Below, piece by piece: positions 49,400 through 64,000 of a stretch of 64,000 bases of DNA. A program made the translations under genes and the position numbers. Origin of the DNA: Macrostomum lignano (taxonomy: Eukaryota); NCBI GenBank assembly GCA_002269645.1, contig NIVC01001105.1:24334-88333 (forward strand), given 5' to 3'. Each line of letters opens with the position of its first letter. Position 1 is the first letter of the stretch. The notes beneath the pieces are model-generated. The model did not search any database. It was not told the DNA's origin and saw nothing but the letters and a program-made list of their open reading frames with translations.

Positions 49400-50520
49400 G
49401 ACTCAGCACTCAGTTCACACACTGTCTATGACACTCGGCACTCAGTTAACACAATGTCTATGGCACTCGGCACTCAGTTAACACACTGTCTATGGCACTC
49501 CGCACTCAGTTAACACACTGTCTATGACACTCGGCACTCAGTTAACACAATGTCTATGGCACTCGGCACTCAGTTAACACACTGTCTATGGCACTCCGCA
49601 CTCAGTTAACACACTGTCTATGACACTCGGCACTCAGTTAACACACTGTCTATGGCACTCGGCACTCAGTTAACACACTGTCTATGACACTCGGCACTCA
49701 GTTCACACACTATCTATGACACTCGGCACTCAGTTAACACACTGTCTATGACACTCGGCACTCAGTTAACACACTGTCTATGACACTCGGCACTCAGTTA
49801 ACACAATGTCTATGGCACTCGGCACTCAGTTAACACACTGTCTATGGCACTCCGCACTCAGTTAACACACTGTCTATGACACTCGGCACTCAGTTAACAC
49901 AATGTCTATGGCACTCGGCACTCAGTTAACACACTGTCTATGGCACTCCGCACTCAGTTAACACACTGTCTATGACACTCGGCACTCAGTTAACACACTG
50001 TCTATGGCACTCGGCACTCAGTTAACACACTGTCTATGACACTCGGCACTCAGTTCACACACTATCTATGACACTCGGCACTCAGTTAACACACTGTCTA
50101 TGACACTCGGCACTCAGTTAACACACTGTCTATGACACTCGGCACTCAGTTAACACACTGTCTATGACACTCGGCACTCAGTTAACACACTGTCTATGAC
50201 ACTCGGCACTCAGTTCACACACTATCTATGACACTCGGCACTCAGTTAACACACTGTCTATGACACTCGGCACTCAGCACTCAGCTCACAAACCATCTAT
50301 GGCACTTCAGCACTCAGCACTCAGCTCACACACTGTCTATGGCACTCGGCACTCAGCACTCAGCTCACACACTGTCTATGGCACCCGGCACTCAGCACTC
50401 AGCTCACACACTGTCTATGGCACCCGGCACTCAGCACTCAGCTCACACACTGTCTATGGCACCCGGCACTCAGCACTCAGCTCACCAACTGTGTATGGCA
50501 CTCGGCACTCAGCACTCAGC
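49400..50520. repeat. 32-bp minisatellite ACACTCGGCACTCAGTTAACACACTGTCTATG grading into a 39-bp variant
   Basis: Tandem array with a 352-bp higher-order duplication. Confidence 0.96.
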
Positions 50521-51182
50521 GAGATTCACAGGTTCATCATTCGCAGTTCCACACGTGTCTGTGGGCAGCAAATCGATTTATTAATAATCATAATAATTCA
50601 TCGTATATGCAATATGAAGCCTGAAAGCCCTGATAAGCCACCGTGGGGGGTGGTTTGAGTGTTGCATCACCTTATCGATATCTAAAGTGTTAAGAAAACT
50701 ATTATTATTTCCAAAGCCGTCCCTCCAACAGTAGTGTCTTTATCTCCTTTGCTTTAGTATATTTTTCATTGCAGATTCTGCAGAGCAGATGAAGACCAAT
50801 ATACAGAGGCCAAGAGCAAGTCAGATAACATATCAGCTTTGAAATTTGAGTGCCTCCGGTTCGGTAATATACCATGAATTAATTGTTTTGCTTTTGCCGG
50901 CTCGAACTCCCATCAGTTCGGCCCAGTTGGTAGTAAACACAGTTCGGTCATTGTTATCATTATTAATCGAGAAGTCACCTTATCAGGTGTCGATTGTTCA
51001 GAGCTCTGGGGGGTTCTCTGGGGGGTTCTTCAGATTCTCCCATGCGAAGCTTTTCTGGGAAATTGTTTTTTCTAGGCTTAGCAAATGAATCTTCTTTGAC
51101 TTGCAAAAGCGTTTAGAACAAGCGAAGTAATGATCCTTTGGATTAGGTTGGATGGATGCAGATAGTGAATATAGCTCGTACA

Positions 51183-51662
51183 AGGAGAGGCGGATAGAGG
51201 GAGAGGGTGGATAGAGGGAGAGGGCGGATAGAGGGAGAGGGCGGATAGAGGGAGAGGGCGGATAGAGGGAGAGGGCGGATAGAGGGAGAGGGCGGATAGA
51301 GGGAGAGGGCGGATAGAGGGAGAGGGCGGATAGAGGGAGAGGGCGGATAGAGGGAGAGGGCGGATAGAGGGAGAGGGCGGATAGAGGGAGAGGGCGGATA
51401 GAGGGAGAGGGCGGATAGAGGGAGAGGGTGGATAGAGGGAGAGGGCGGATAGAGGGAGAGGGCGGATAGAGGGAGAGGGCGGATAGAGGGAGAGGGCGGA
51501 TAGAGGGAGAGGGCGGATAGAGGGAGAGGGCGGATAGAGGGAGAGGGTGGATAGAGGGAGAGGGCGGATAGAGGGAGAGGGTGGATAGAGGGAGAGGGCG
51601 GATAGAGGGAGAGGGCGGATAGAGGGAGAGGGCGGATAGAGGGAGAGGGCGGATAGAGGGAT
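51183..51662. repeat. 17-bp G-rich minisatellite GAGGGAGAGGGCGGATA
   Basis: About 28 units. Confidence 0.96.
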
Positions 51663-54600
51663 GAGGGATACTTCTTGCCCAAAGATGCCCATGAAAATTG
51701 ATGCAACTTTGTATTCAACTCCAGAAACAAAGGAAAAACCGCAAACCCTCGCAGTCCTGTTGAGGTGGGCAGGTGAGGGGGGGAAGTCAACCCTGTCACG
51801 CTGAGTTCCAGGAGGAAGCCCCCCATAGTTCAGGGCCAGGCCCCCCGCCTGTGCGTTCCGTCAGCCACTGTCACCTGACACTGCGTGACTGCCTAATAGG
51901 AGCGTCTGTTAAAAAGGGAACCTACTTTTTATTAGTTGGAGCTCGTATAGGATGCTATGCGCGCTACGAATATCCAATTCGGTCTAATGCCAGCTACCTT
52001 GGCCTGCCAGCAAGCGAAACTTCGGAGTGTGGCTGATGGACGGGTTAGATAAAAGAGTAACCACAGCCGATATAGGCTTGAAAGAATTGCCTTTTTTCAG
52101 TTTTTTGGAAGGAAGTAGGGAGGGGGGAGGTTGTTGCGAAGACGAGGCTGGAGAAAGGTTGGATTAACTTCCCATTTTGGTTGATCAAGATAGCTTGATC
52201 AGCTGTTGCAGGCCCGTCCCAACTTCTCCTGCGCAGTCAGATTTCGTATATGCGATCTGTCTGATTAGGCCTCAGACAAGAAGCCAAAGGTCTGGCACCT
52301 GGCATGCATTATATACACCTTGAAGGGTTCTTCTGCCTGCAACTGCAATAACAATTCTTTTCACACTGGCTATCTCTTTCTTGCCAATTTCATACTTTCA
52401 TCAAGCTGGCAACTGATCCTTCTCCATTCAACTGACCTGCTTCCTTTATCCCTGTGCCAGGGAATGAAGGCTTCTAAATTAATTTGTTTTTCTCTTCCAG
52501 GAAAATTAGTATTTAAATAATAAAAATCTTCACTTTCTAACATATTTTTGTAAATCTATTTTTAGCGTGTTGTTAATTCAAATGTAGTTGCTTTCTTTCT
52601 GATTTTATTTTGGCTATTCAAGTGCCGTTTGTTTTTTTCCTGTGTCATTTATTTATTTATGCGCCATTTTTGTGTCATTCTGTCAAGTGCATGTGCCATT
52701 TGTTTTGTATAGAGTCATTTCGTTTATTTAATTGCCGTCTGTTTTGTATAGTGTCATTTTAGTGATTTAACTGGCGTTTGTTTCTTTGTTTCATTTTGTT
52801 TATTTAATTGCCATTTGTTTATTTAGTTTTATTTTGTTTTTTTAATTGCCATTTGTTTATTTAGTTTCATTTTGTTCATTTAATTGTTGTTTGTTTCTAT
52901 AGTGTCAAGACACAGTTTTAATTTCAATTTTATAGATAGAGCTTATATTATGATTCAATAGGTATTTGTTATTTGTGTCATTTTGATGGTTCAAGTTCCG
53001 GTTTGTTTATTCAAGACTGATTTTGTTTATTTAAAGGCTATTTATTTTATTAATTTGAGTAATGATCAGAGATTCTGGGAGTCAAAATGCCTTTTTCGTA
53101 TTTTTGTGTTCTTTTCGGATATTAGTTAAGTGCCGGTTTCAAAGTTGAAGCACCATTTTGTGTTTGAGTCCCGAGTGCCGTTTTTGGATGTTTGATAATT
53201 TAAAAAACAATGAAGAGAAATTTATAAAATTCTCATTTCCTTTAATCGCTTACTCACGTCATTGTTTAAATTAAAATTTGCCGATTTTGCAGTTAAACTG
53301 CATGCGAATTATAAAAATGAGAGCTCATCATCCGGATTTGCAGGCTCCTTTAATCCCTGTCATGGTTCTGGGATAAAATTTCAATCGTTTCCGAAAATCC
53401 AATTAAAAAATCGAGACTCAAACAAGTGCTCCAATTTGACAAGTGGTTTTGGAGCAATTTCAGAATTGATCATTCATTTTGTTTTGCTTGAAAAAAACCT
53501 GTCTGCATCTGGGGGGCGGGGGCTGACGGATGCTTGAATGCCGCTAGCTGCATGCTGTTCGGCGATTTTGTGCGCAAATTTTCATTGCCAATTTTCTAAT
53601 TGCAGAGGGGGCTTTGGCCTCTGTTAGGCCCGCCTCGCTATGATAGCTGTGAGTATATTTAGAAGGCGGGGCACAGAGCTGTGGCTTATCCAAAATCCTC
53701 ACCACATCCCGAGCAATCACTTCAATTAAATTAACCGTTTCGGAACAATAAGGGGGGATTTATACATTTTAGAGGGGTTTCAACAACACAGTTTTTTGTC
53801 GGCAACTGTTCATCACAATGGGCCTGGGCGGTGAAGCGATGGTGGAACTACGGCTTAAGTATGATTTGCAATCATTCCTTTCTTTTTCCCTCCACCAATG
53901 CCGCTTGCTCTCAATGTGATCTTGCTTTTGAAATAGACTGAAGAGAGAAGATTTTGGGTGGGGATGACTAATGATTTGAGACAGATTGGATAAACAAGAT
54001 CAGATGAGATGTAATGAGATGAGATGAGATGATAGGTGAAATTAGATGAGACGATGAGATGGGACGATAGGTGAGATTAGTTAAAAGATGAGACGAGATG
54101 ACAGATGAGACGAGATGACAGATGCGATGAGATGACAGGTGAGATTAGATGATTTAACAGATAAGATAAGAGATTAGATGACAGATAAGACTATAGATAA
54201 GATGGGATAAGATGATATGACTCCAGAAAAGTGAGAACTGATCTAAGAAATGAGATGAGCTAGGAATTAAGAGATAAAATTAAAGAAAACTAATTCAAAA
54301 ACACTGAGAAACTGAAATCCAGCAGTGTTAGAAACTAAAGAAAGCCTTCCTTCCAGAATCCAGAGACAAAACGCACAGAGCTGCATCACCAAAATCCCGT
54401 GTTTTTTGTTCGCTTTATTAACAGAAGGGATTAAGCTGGCTTTACATAGCTAAGTACCGGATGCGTGGCGTGGAGTCAGCATTTAACTGACTGCAACTGC
54501 TGGCTGGGCGGGCAAAGCATTAATTTCATAGCGTACAAGCAAGCGGTCGACAATGACAACCTCATTTTTTACCTATGCAGTGCATGTGTCAGAAAACTCC

Positions 54601-54814
54601 ACCCACCCTGAACTCTGCCAGCCTGCCAAGGTGGCCGTCAACGAAAAATCTGGATTGCCAATTTTTTTATAAATCTTCAGAAACAACAAGGCCACTTATA
54701 CTGTAGCAGGTGTCCCTGAGCCTGATTATGCTGAATATATTCGTTAATAATTTTTTCCCAGTGTGTTGGGGAGAATGAGGACGCAAGAACGCAAGATTCT
54801 AGCGCCAGTTTAGC

Positions 54815-55708
54815 GCCGCAGTCTAGATTTTAGCGCCACAGTCTAGATTTTAGCGACACAGTCTAGATTTTAGCGACACGGTCTAGATTTTAGCGCCACA
54901 GTCTAGATTTTAGCGCCACAGTCTAGATTTTAGCGCCACAGTCTAGATTTTAGCGACAAAGTCTAGATTTTAGCGCCAAAGTCTAGATTTTAGCGCCACA
55001 GTCTAGATTTTAGCGCCACAGTCTAGATTTTAGCGCCACAGTCTAGATTTTAGCGCCACAGTCTAGATTTTAGCGCCAAAGTCTAGATTTTAGCGCCACA
55101 GTCTAGATTTTAGCGCCACAGTCTAGATTTTAGCGACAAAGTCTAGATTTTAGCGCCAAAGTCTAGATTTTAGCGCCACAGTCTAGATTTTGGCGCCACA
55201 GTCTAGATTTTAGCGCCACAGTCTAGATTTTAGCGCCAAAGTCTAGATTTTAGCGCCACAGTCTAGATTTTAGCGCCACAGTCTGGATTTTAGCACCACA
55301 GTCTGGATTTTAGCGCCACGGTCTAGATTTTAGCGCCACAGTCTAGATTTTAGCGCCACAGTCTAGATTTTAGCGTCACAGTCTAGATTTTAGCGTCACA
55401 GTCTAGATTTTAGCGCCACGGTCTAGATTTTAGCGCCACAGTCTAGATTTTAGCGCCACAGTCTAGATTTTAGCGCCACAGTCTAGATTTTAGCGCCACA
55501 GTCTAGATTTTAGCGCCACAGTCTGGATTTTAGCGCCACAGTCTAGATTTTAGCGCCACGGTCAAGATTTTAGCGCCACAGTCTAGATTTTAGCGCCACA
55601 GTCTAGATTTTAGCGCCACAGTCTAGATTTAAGCGCCAAAGTCTAGATTTTAGCGCCACAGTCTAGATTTTAGCGCCACAGTCTAGATTTTAGCACCACA
55701 GTCTAGAT
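54815..55708. repeat. 20-bp minisatellite AGTCTAGATTTTAGCGCCAC
   Basis: About 45 units. Confidence 0.97.
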
Positions 55709-56387
55709 TTCGTGCGCAATAGAAATTTTTTTTGGATCTGGGGGTCTTTGACCACCTTGACCTCCCCTAGACGGATCCGCCATTGCGGTTATGCATCTTT
55801 GGAGAAGTAACCAAAAGGTACAAGCTGATTCTCTGACTGACTCCAAATTCTGGTTCCAGGCCTTCTTGTGCCTTCTGACTTCAGCAAGCCTCAACCCTCA
55901 TGCTCACGCTACTCACTTAGCTACGGCTGAGGCCGAGCACTTGACATGCATGATGCAGTCTCTCATTGTCCGTCCGTGAGGGTGTGAGACTCAATCGACA
56001 TACCGGCGCCTTTGAGGGGCCTTCGTAATCTATATAGTGACTGCTGCCTGCATCCGCGATGCATGGTTTATGCCATTTCTGCCGCTTCCCATTACCAGCT
56101 TCCAGCACTTCCTGTTTCCTGAGCGCGTCATCAGCATCACTCTATTAAACTGCTGCTTGAGCTGAGTTGAGTTGCTATGGGCGGGAGAGATGGCCCTAAT
56201 TCACTCGCTATTAATCCACTGCATTGGGGAAAATAATTGCATTGTATAAAATGCTCATTTAATTTGGAATATTTATTTGACTACGGATTAAGGCTTTCTG
56301 CTTTCTGCGGGGCTAATCCCGCATCAACTTTGACCCGAGCGCCCAGGTGTTAGGATCCCAAAATGAGCTGCAAAGGCTCACAGTGCT

Positions 56388-57890
56388 TGGGCGCCAAAAT
56401 CAGTGCTTGGGCGCTAAATTAAGTGCTTGGGCGCCAAAATCAGTGCTTGGGCGCCAAAATCAGTGCTTGGGCGCTAAATTAAGTGCTTGGACGCTAAATT
56501 AAGTGCTTGGGCGCCAAAATCAGTGCTTGGGCGCCAAAATCAGTGCTTGGGCGCTAAATTAAGTGCTTGGGCGCCAAAATCAGTGCTTGGGCGCTAAATT
56601 AAGTGCTTGGGCGCCAAAATCAGTGCTTGGGCGCTAAATTAAGTGCTTGGGCGCCAAAATCAGTGCTTGGGCGCCAAAATCAGTGCTTGGGCGCTAAATT
56701 AAGTGCTTGGGCGCCAAAATCAGTGCTTGGGCGCTAAATTAAGTGCTTGGGCGCCAAAATCAGTGCTTGGGCGCTAAATTAAGTGCTTGGGCGCCAAAAT
56801 CAGTGCTTGGGCGCTAAAATCAGTGCTTGGGCGCCAAAATCAGTGCTTGGGCGCCAAAGTCAGTGCTTGGGCGCTAAAATCAGTGCTTGGGCGCTAAAAT
56901 CAGTGCTTGGGCGCTAAAATCAGTGCTTGAGCGCTAAAATCAGTGCTTCGGCGCTAAAATCAGTGCTTGGGCGCTAAAATCAGTGCTTCTGCGCTAAAAT
57001 CAGTGCTTCTGCGCTAAAATCAGTGCTTGGGCGCTAAAATCAGTGCTTGGGCGCCAGAATCAGTGCTTGGGCGCTAAAATCAGTGCTTGGGCGCTAAAAT
57101 CAGATGCTTGGGCGCTAAAATCAGTGCTTGGGCGCCAAAATCAGTGCTTGGGCGCTAAAATCAGTGCTTGGGCGCCAAAATCAGTGCTTGGGCGCTAAAA
57201 TCAGTGCTTGGGCGCTAAAATCAGTGCTTGGGCGCTAAAATCAGTGCTTGGGCGCCAAAATCAGTGCTTGGGCGCTAAAATCAGTGCTTGGGCGCCAAAA
57301 TCAGTGCTTGGGCGCTAAAATCAGTGCTTGGGCTCTAAAATCAGTGCTTGGGCGCTAAAATCAGTGCTTGGGCGCTAAAATCAGTGCTTGGGCGCTAAAA
57401 TCAGTGCTTGGGCGCTAAAATCAGTGCTTGGGCGCCAAAATCAGTGCTTGGGCGCCAAAATCAGTGCTTGGGCGCTAAAATCAGTGCTTGGGCTCTAAAA
57501 TCAGTGCTTGGGCGCTAAAATCAGTGCTTGGGCGCTAAAATCAGTGCTTGGGCGCTAAAATCAGTGCTTGGGCGCTAAAATCAGTGCTTGGGCGCCAAAA
57601 TCAGTGCTTGGGCGCCAAAATCAGTGCTTGGGCGCTAAAATCAGTGCTTGGGCGCCAAAATCAGTGCTGGGGCGCTAAAATCAGTGCTTGGGCTCTAAAA
57701 TCAGTGCTTGGGCTCTAAAATCAGTGCTTTTGAGCTAAAATCAGTGCTTGGGCGCCAAAGTCAGTGCTTGGGCGCCAAAGTCAGTGCTTGGGCGCCAAAG
57801 TCAGTGCTTGGGCGCCAAAGTCAGTGCTTGGGCGCCAAAGTCAGTGCTTGGGCGCTAAAATCAGTGCTTGGGCGCCAAAATCAGTGCTTT
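56388..57890. repeat. 20-bp minisatellite CAGTGCTTGGGCGC(C/T)AAAAT
   Basis: About 75 units. Confidence 0.97.
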
Positions 57891-58317
57891 AGCAGTCAAA
57901 AATGAACTTAAAGTGAAAAATTGAGTCATAAATCAATAGATGGTGACAGTTATCTAAAAGATTTTTTGTGAAGAGGGGTTCTTCCAGGCTACTGATTCTT
58001 GAACGACAAGCAGGTTGCCATTTTACCTGTTAAGAGACTCGTGTAGCGTTGATGAAGTGCCTGCCAAGACTGGGACTGGGGTTGGAGGAGGGGTCCGTGT
58101 TGCAGACAGTCCCCGCCACTCCCCCCCCCTTAGGCCACAGCCAATGGCTCGGCAGGACTGCCTGCCATAGGACTGCTGGCCCGCCACCCGCCTCAGCCGC
58201 CCACTCCCCAACAGTTAAATAATAAAAGTTACTTTAATATACCAACGAATTCCAAATTGACGCCTAGCAGGCAAACTCGTTCAGACAGAACTGGAGTTCA
58301 AGTCATAAATTGCAGAA

Positions 58318-59056
<739 letters not shown>

Positions 59057-59131
59057 TGAGTCAACTCAACCATTTTATAAGGCTCTTTTTTCCTCAACGT
59101 TTGAAGTAAATATTTTAAATGCCCCGTGAGA

Positions 59132-59740
59132 TTCCAAACTCTCAGTTCCTCCAAAACTCTGAGGTGAGATTCCAAACTCTGAGGTGAGATTCCAAACTCT
59201 CAGGTGAGATTCCAAACTCTCAGGTGAGATTCCAAACTCTCAGGTGAGATTCCAAACTCTCAGGTGAGATTCCAAACTCTCAGGTGAGATTCCAAACTCT
59301 CAGGTGAGATTCCAAACTCTCAGGTGAGATTCCAAACTCTCAGGTGAGATTCCAAACTCTCAGGTGAGATTCCAAACTCTCAGGTGAGATTCCAAACTCT
59401 CAGGTGAGATTCCAAACTCTCAGGTGAGATTCCAAACTCTCAGGTGAGATTCCAAACTCTGAGGTGAGATTCCAAACTCTCAGGTGAGATTCCAAACTCT
59501 CAGGTGAGATTCCAAACTCTGAGGTGAGATTCCAAACTCTCAGGTGAGATTCCAAACTCTCAGGTGAGATTCCAAACTCTCAGGTGAGATTCCAAACTCT
59601 CAGGTGAGATTCCAAACTCTCAGGTGAGATTCCAAACTCTCAGGTGAGATTCCAAACTCTCAGGTGAGATTCCAAACTCTCAGGTGAGATTCCAAACTCT
59701 CAGGTGAGATTCCAAACTCTCAGGTGAGATTCCAAACTCT
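59132..59740. repeat. 20-bp minisatellite GTGAGATTCCAAACTCTCAG in the Six3/6 intron
   Basis: About 30 nearly identical units. Confidence 0.97.
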
Positions 59741-60811
59741 CCGCAACGAATCTCCGACCTGGCGTCCACCTCCTTGCATCCCATCATACTGCACCAGTCT
59801 GCTGCCCGGCAGTCAAGTGTTTTTCCTATTTAATTGGTGGGTCTCGAACAGAAGGCGCGTGCCCCCTCCTCTGCTGCGCGTCACCAGGAACGCCAGTCAT
59901 TTCTTCAGCCACTTGAGTTGCTGTGGCTCCCTCTTAACTCTCCCCCTTCATCTGCTCGGCATTAAATGAGTGCTTACATTGTCGCGCCAGCAGGAGAGGC
60001 TGTGTGTTGCTAATTGCACGCATGCCAAAGCCTAATATTCACACCTACCATCCAGCAAATGCCCGCGTCCAATTGGCTTTGACTTCTTTATATTCAAAAT
60101 CCAAAACCGTGTGTTTGTGGCCGCCTCTGGAGCCGTGCTGCGGCAGCCCCCACCCCTTGTGGTCAAGTGGATCCAATGTAGACATAGCGAGTGGCTCAGG
60201 AAAATGGCTTGAATTGAATTTTATGCCCCACGCATCTGGGGGAGCGTGTGCAGTGAGCAGTTCTGACTGCTAAGTGGCCGGGGCAAGTTAATTACTATTC
60301 TTATATTCTGCAGGTATACGTTAATATAAAGGAATTCGCAATGATATATTATAATAATACTCGAAAAATTTTTGCTCTAAATGCGAACGCAGACAATTAC
60401 AGTATAAACGATTGTATTGTGCGAACCATAATATTGTATATATATGAAACCCGAAATCTTAATCATTTCTGTGCGCGAGCAGTATAATACGCTGCGCGCT
60501 AAAACTCGCTCTCAACCGCTTGAGAAGCGAAGTCAAAACACACTTGAGCAGCAAGTGAGACGGCAGATGGGCTGCAAGGGGGGGTGCTAGCTGTCGGGCC
60601 GAGACACAATGATATACACTGTATACAGTATACGACGTATAGCAAAGCAGATAATGCATCTTTTAGAAGAGCAGGCCAGAGAACTGCATGGGGTCTTGTC
60701 TTTACACAGCATGATCTTGTATGCATCTTGCCTTGCTGAAATCCTGTACACCTTGGATTGGGGTGCCGAACTCTCTGCGCATTGTTGGACTCGAGCTGTT
60801 GCAGGATCGGC

Positions 60812-62252
60812 TGTCCCTCAGTGACTCCCACATCATTTCCAGATCCCTCAGTGACTCCCACATCATTTCCAGATCCATCAGTGACTCCTACATCATTTCC
60901 AGATCCCTCAGTGACTCCCACATCATTTCCAGATCCGTCAGTAACTCCCACATCATTTCCAGATCCGTCAGTGACTGCCACATCGTTTCCAGATCCGTCA
61001 GTGACTGCCACATCATTTCCAGATCCATCAGTGATTCCCACATCATTTCCAGATCCGTCAGTGACTCCCACATTGTTTCCAGATTCATCAGTGACTCCCA
61101 CATCATTTCCAGATCCGTCAGTGACTCCCACATCATTTCCAGATCCGTCAGTAACTCCCACATCATTTCCAGATCCATCAGTGATTCCCACATCATTTCC
61201 AGATCCATCAGTGACTCCCACATCATTTCCAGATCCATCAGTGATTCCACATCATTTCCAGATCCATCAGTGATTCCACATCATTTCCAGATCCATCAGT
61301 GATTCCCACATCATTTCCAGATCCATCAGTGATTCCACATCATTTCCAGATCCGTCAGTGACTGCCACATCGTTTCCAGATCCGTCAGTGACTGCCACAT
61401 CATTTCCAGATCCATCAGTGATTCCCACATCATTTCCAGATCCGTCAGTGACTCCCACATTGTTTCCAGATTCATCAGTGACTCCCACATCATTTCCAGA
61501 TCCGTCAGTGACTCCCACATCATTTCCAGATCCATCAGTGATTCCACATCATTTCCAGATCCATCAGTGATTCCACATCATTTCCAGATCCATCAGTGAT
61601 TCCCACATCATTTCCAGATCCATCAGTGATTCCACATCATTTCCAGATCCGTCAGTGACTGCCACATCGTTTCCAGATCCGTCAGTGACTGCCACATCAT
61701 TTCCAGATCCATCAGTGATTCCCACATCATTTCCAGATCCGTCAGTGACTCCCACATTGTTTCCAGATTCATCAGTGACTCCCACATCATTTCCAGATCC
61801 GTCAGTGACTCCCACATCATTTCCAGATCCATCAGTGATTCCACATCATTTCCAGATCCATCAGTGATTCCACATCATTTCCAGATCCATCAGTGATTCC
61901 CACATCATTTCCAGATCCATCAGTGATTCCACATCATTTCCAGATCCGTCAGTGACTGCCACATCGTTTCCAGATCCGTCAGTGACTGCCACATCATTTC
62001 CAGATCCATCAGTGATTCCCACATCATTTCCAGATCCGTCAGTGACTCCCACATTGTTTCCAGATTCATCAGTGACTCCCACATCATTTCCAGATCCGTC
62101 AGTGACTGCCACATCATTTCCAGATCCGTCAGTGACTCCCACATCATTTCCAGATCCGTCAGTGACTCCCACATCATTTCCAGATCCGTCAGTGACTCCC
62201 ACATCATTTCCAGATCCGTCAGTAACTCCCACATCATTTCCAGATCCGTCAC
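60812..62252. repeat. 30-bp minisatellite CAGTGACTCCCACATCATTTCCAGATCCGT with a 297-bp higher-order repeat
   Basis: Identical ORFs recur at 61267, 61564 and 61861. Confidence 0.97.
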
Positions 62253-63139
62253 TGATCCTAATACCCGCTACCCTCCATATTTCAGGCCCGCTCTGGCTGA
62301 CTCAGTTTAAATTTGTGCGCAGTCAGGTATTTTTAAATCACATCATTTTTAATACTAGCCAAATGCCAACGAGAATTAGTGGGTAATTTATTGCCAATCA
62401 GCTCCTATAGAGCTATGACACTGTTACGAGTAAAGCAGATACCAAATGCTACACCGGCGGATCATACGTGGCCGCCACCGCCACTTCCCCTTCCCTCCCC
62501 CCCCCCCCCCCAGACGGCCTGTCACCCTCGCAGACGCACCTGTCCATCAATTCACTAACTCAGCCTTGTGCAGAATGCATCCTATATAACCCAGTTCAAT
62601 ACGTTCGTACGAGGGCTTCCTCCCCATCCTCTTGGATGACGGCAGGTGATGCTGGGGCTTGTATGGGAAGGAGGGGCCAGTTAGCGTTGCCGCAGAACTA
62701 AATTAATAATTATCTGCAGGGCCGCATCAAGTTATCCCTGCGCGTGGAGAGACTGGGCATATTATATAGCAACTCTGCTGTATCGAGAGATTTGGCCGCC
62801 GCAAAGCCTGATACTATAATTGACTCCTCCCCATAGCCTGCAGCTCCTTGACTGCCGCAGCCCGTCACGCTGACCCGCCAACTCCCCTATACCACCCGGC
62901 ACCCATCCGCGTGACAGGTCGTGCATGTTGAAACTGACTTTGATACCCCAGCACACCAACACTATGAGACAGATCTTGTCAATCACATGGGCCACTTTTT
63001 AACACTATCTATCTAGCTATCCGTTTCTGTCTGGCTGCAACAGCACACTTCAGTCTATTGCAGCTGCTGCCTAATCCTTAGGTCTCCGACCTACCTGCGT
63101 CTGTCTGTCGGATATTGTCTGTACAGTGCTTTCTTATCT

Positions 63140-64000
<861 letters not shown>

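Overview
Eukaryotic (animal) genomic DNA. The compact GC-rich genes, very dense intronic minisatellites and an AUG-less exon point to a free-living flatworm such as Macrostomum (inference, not verified). Host genes found: GLTP exon 1 (-), a divergent G-alpha-s (+, 2 exons), a co-oriented RRP7-like / ARMC6 / ING1-2-like / aquaglyceroporin run (+), a 3-exon globin (+), a single-exon heparan sulfate 3-O-sulfotransferase (-) and Six3/6 exon 1 (+, with a 1-nt frameshift). Mobile DNA: a full-length 5.9-kb Loa/R1-group LINE (ORF1; APE-RT-RNaseH-CCHC ORF2; 12-bp TSD), a hAT MITE, a Harbinger-like MITE, a tRNA-derived SINE head and a decayed tyrosine-recombinase fragment. About 25 micro- and minisatellite arrays fill introns and intergenic gaps and explain most long ORFs in the track. 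Top findings: (1) a complete HDV-like ribozyme fold whose predicted cleavage site is the first base of the LINE; (2) an ING gene with no usable ATG that would be completed in frame by a flatworm spliced-leader AUG, inside a putative satellite-expanded operon; (3) minisatellites built from AG|GT splice-site units. Several single-base frameshifts may be long-read assembly errors.
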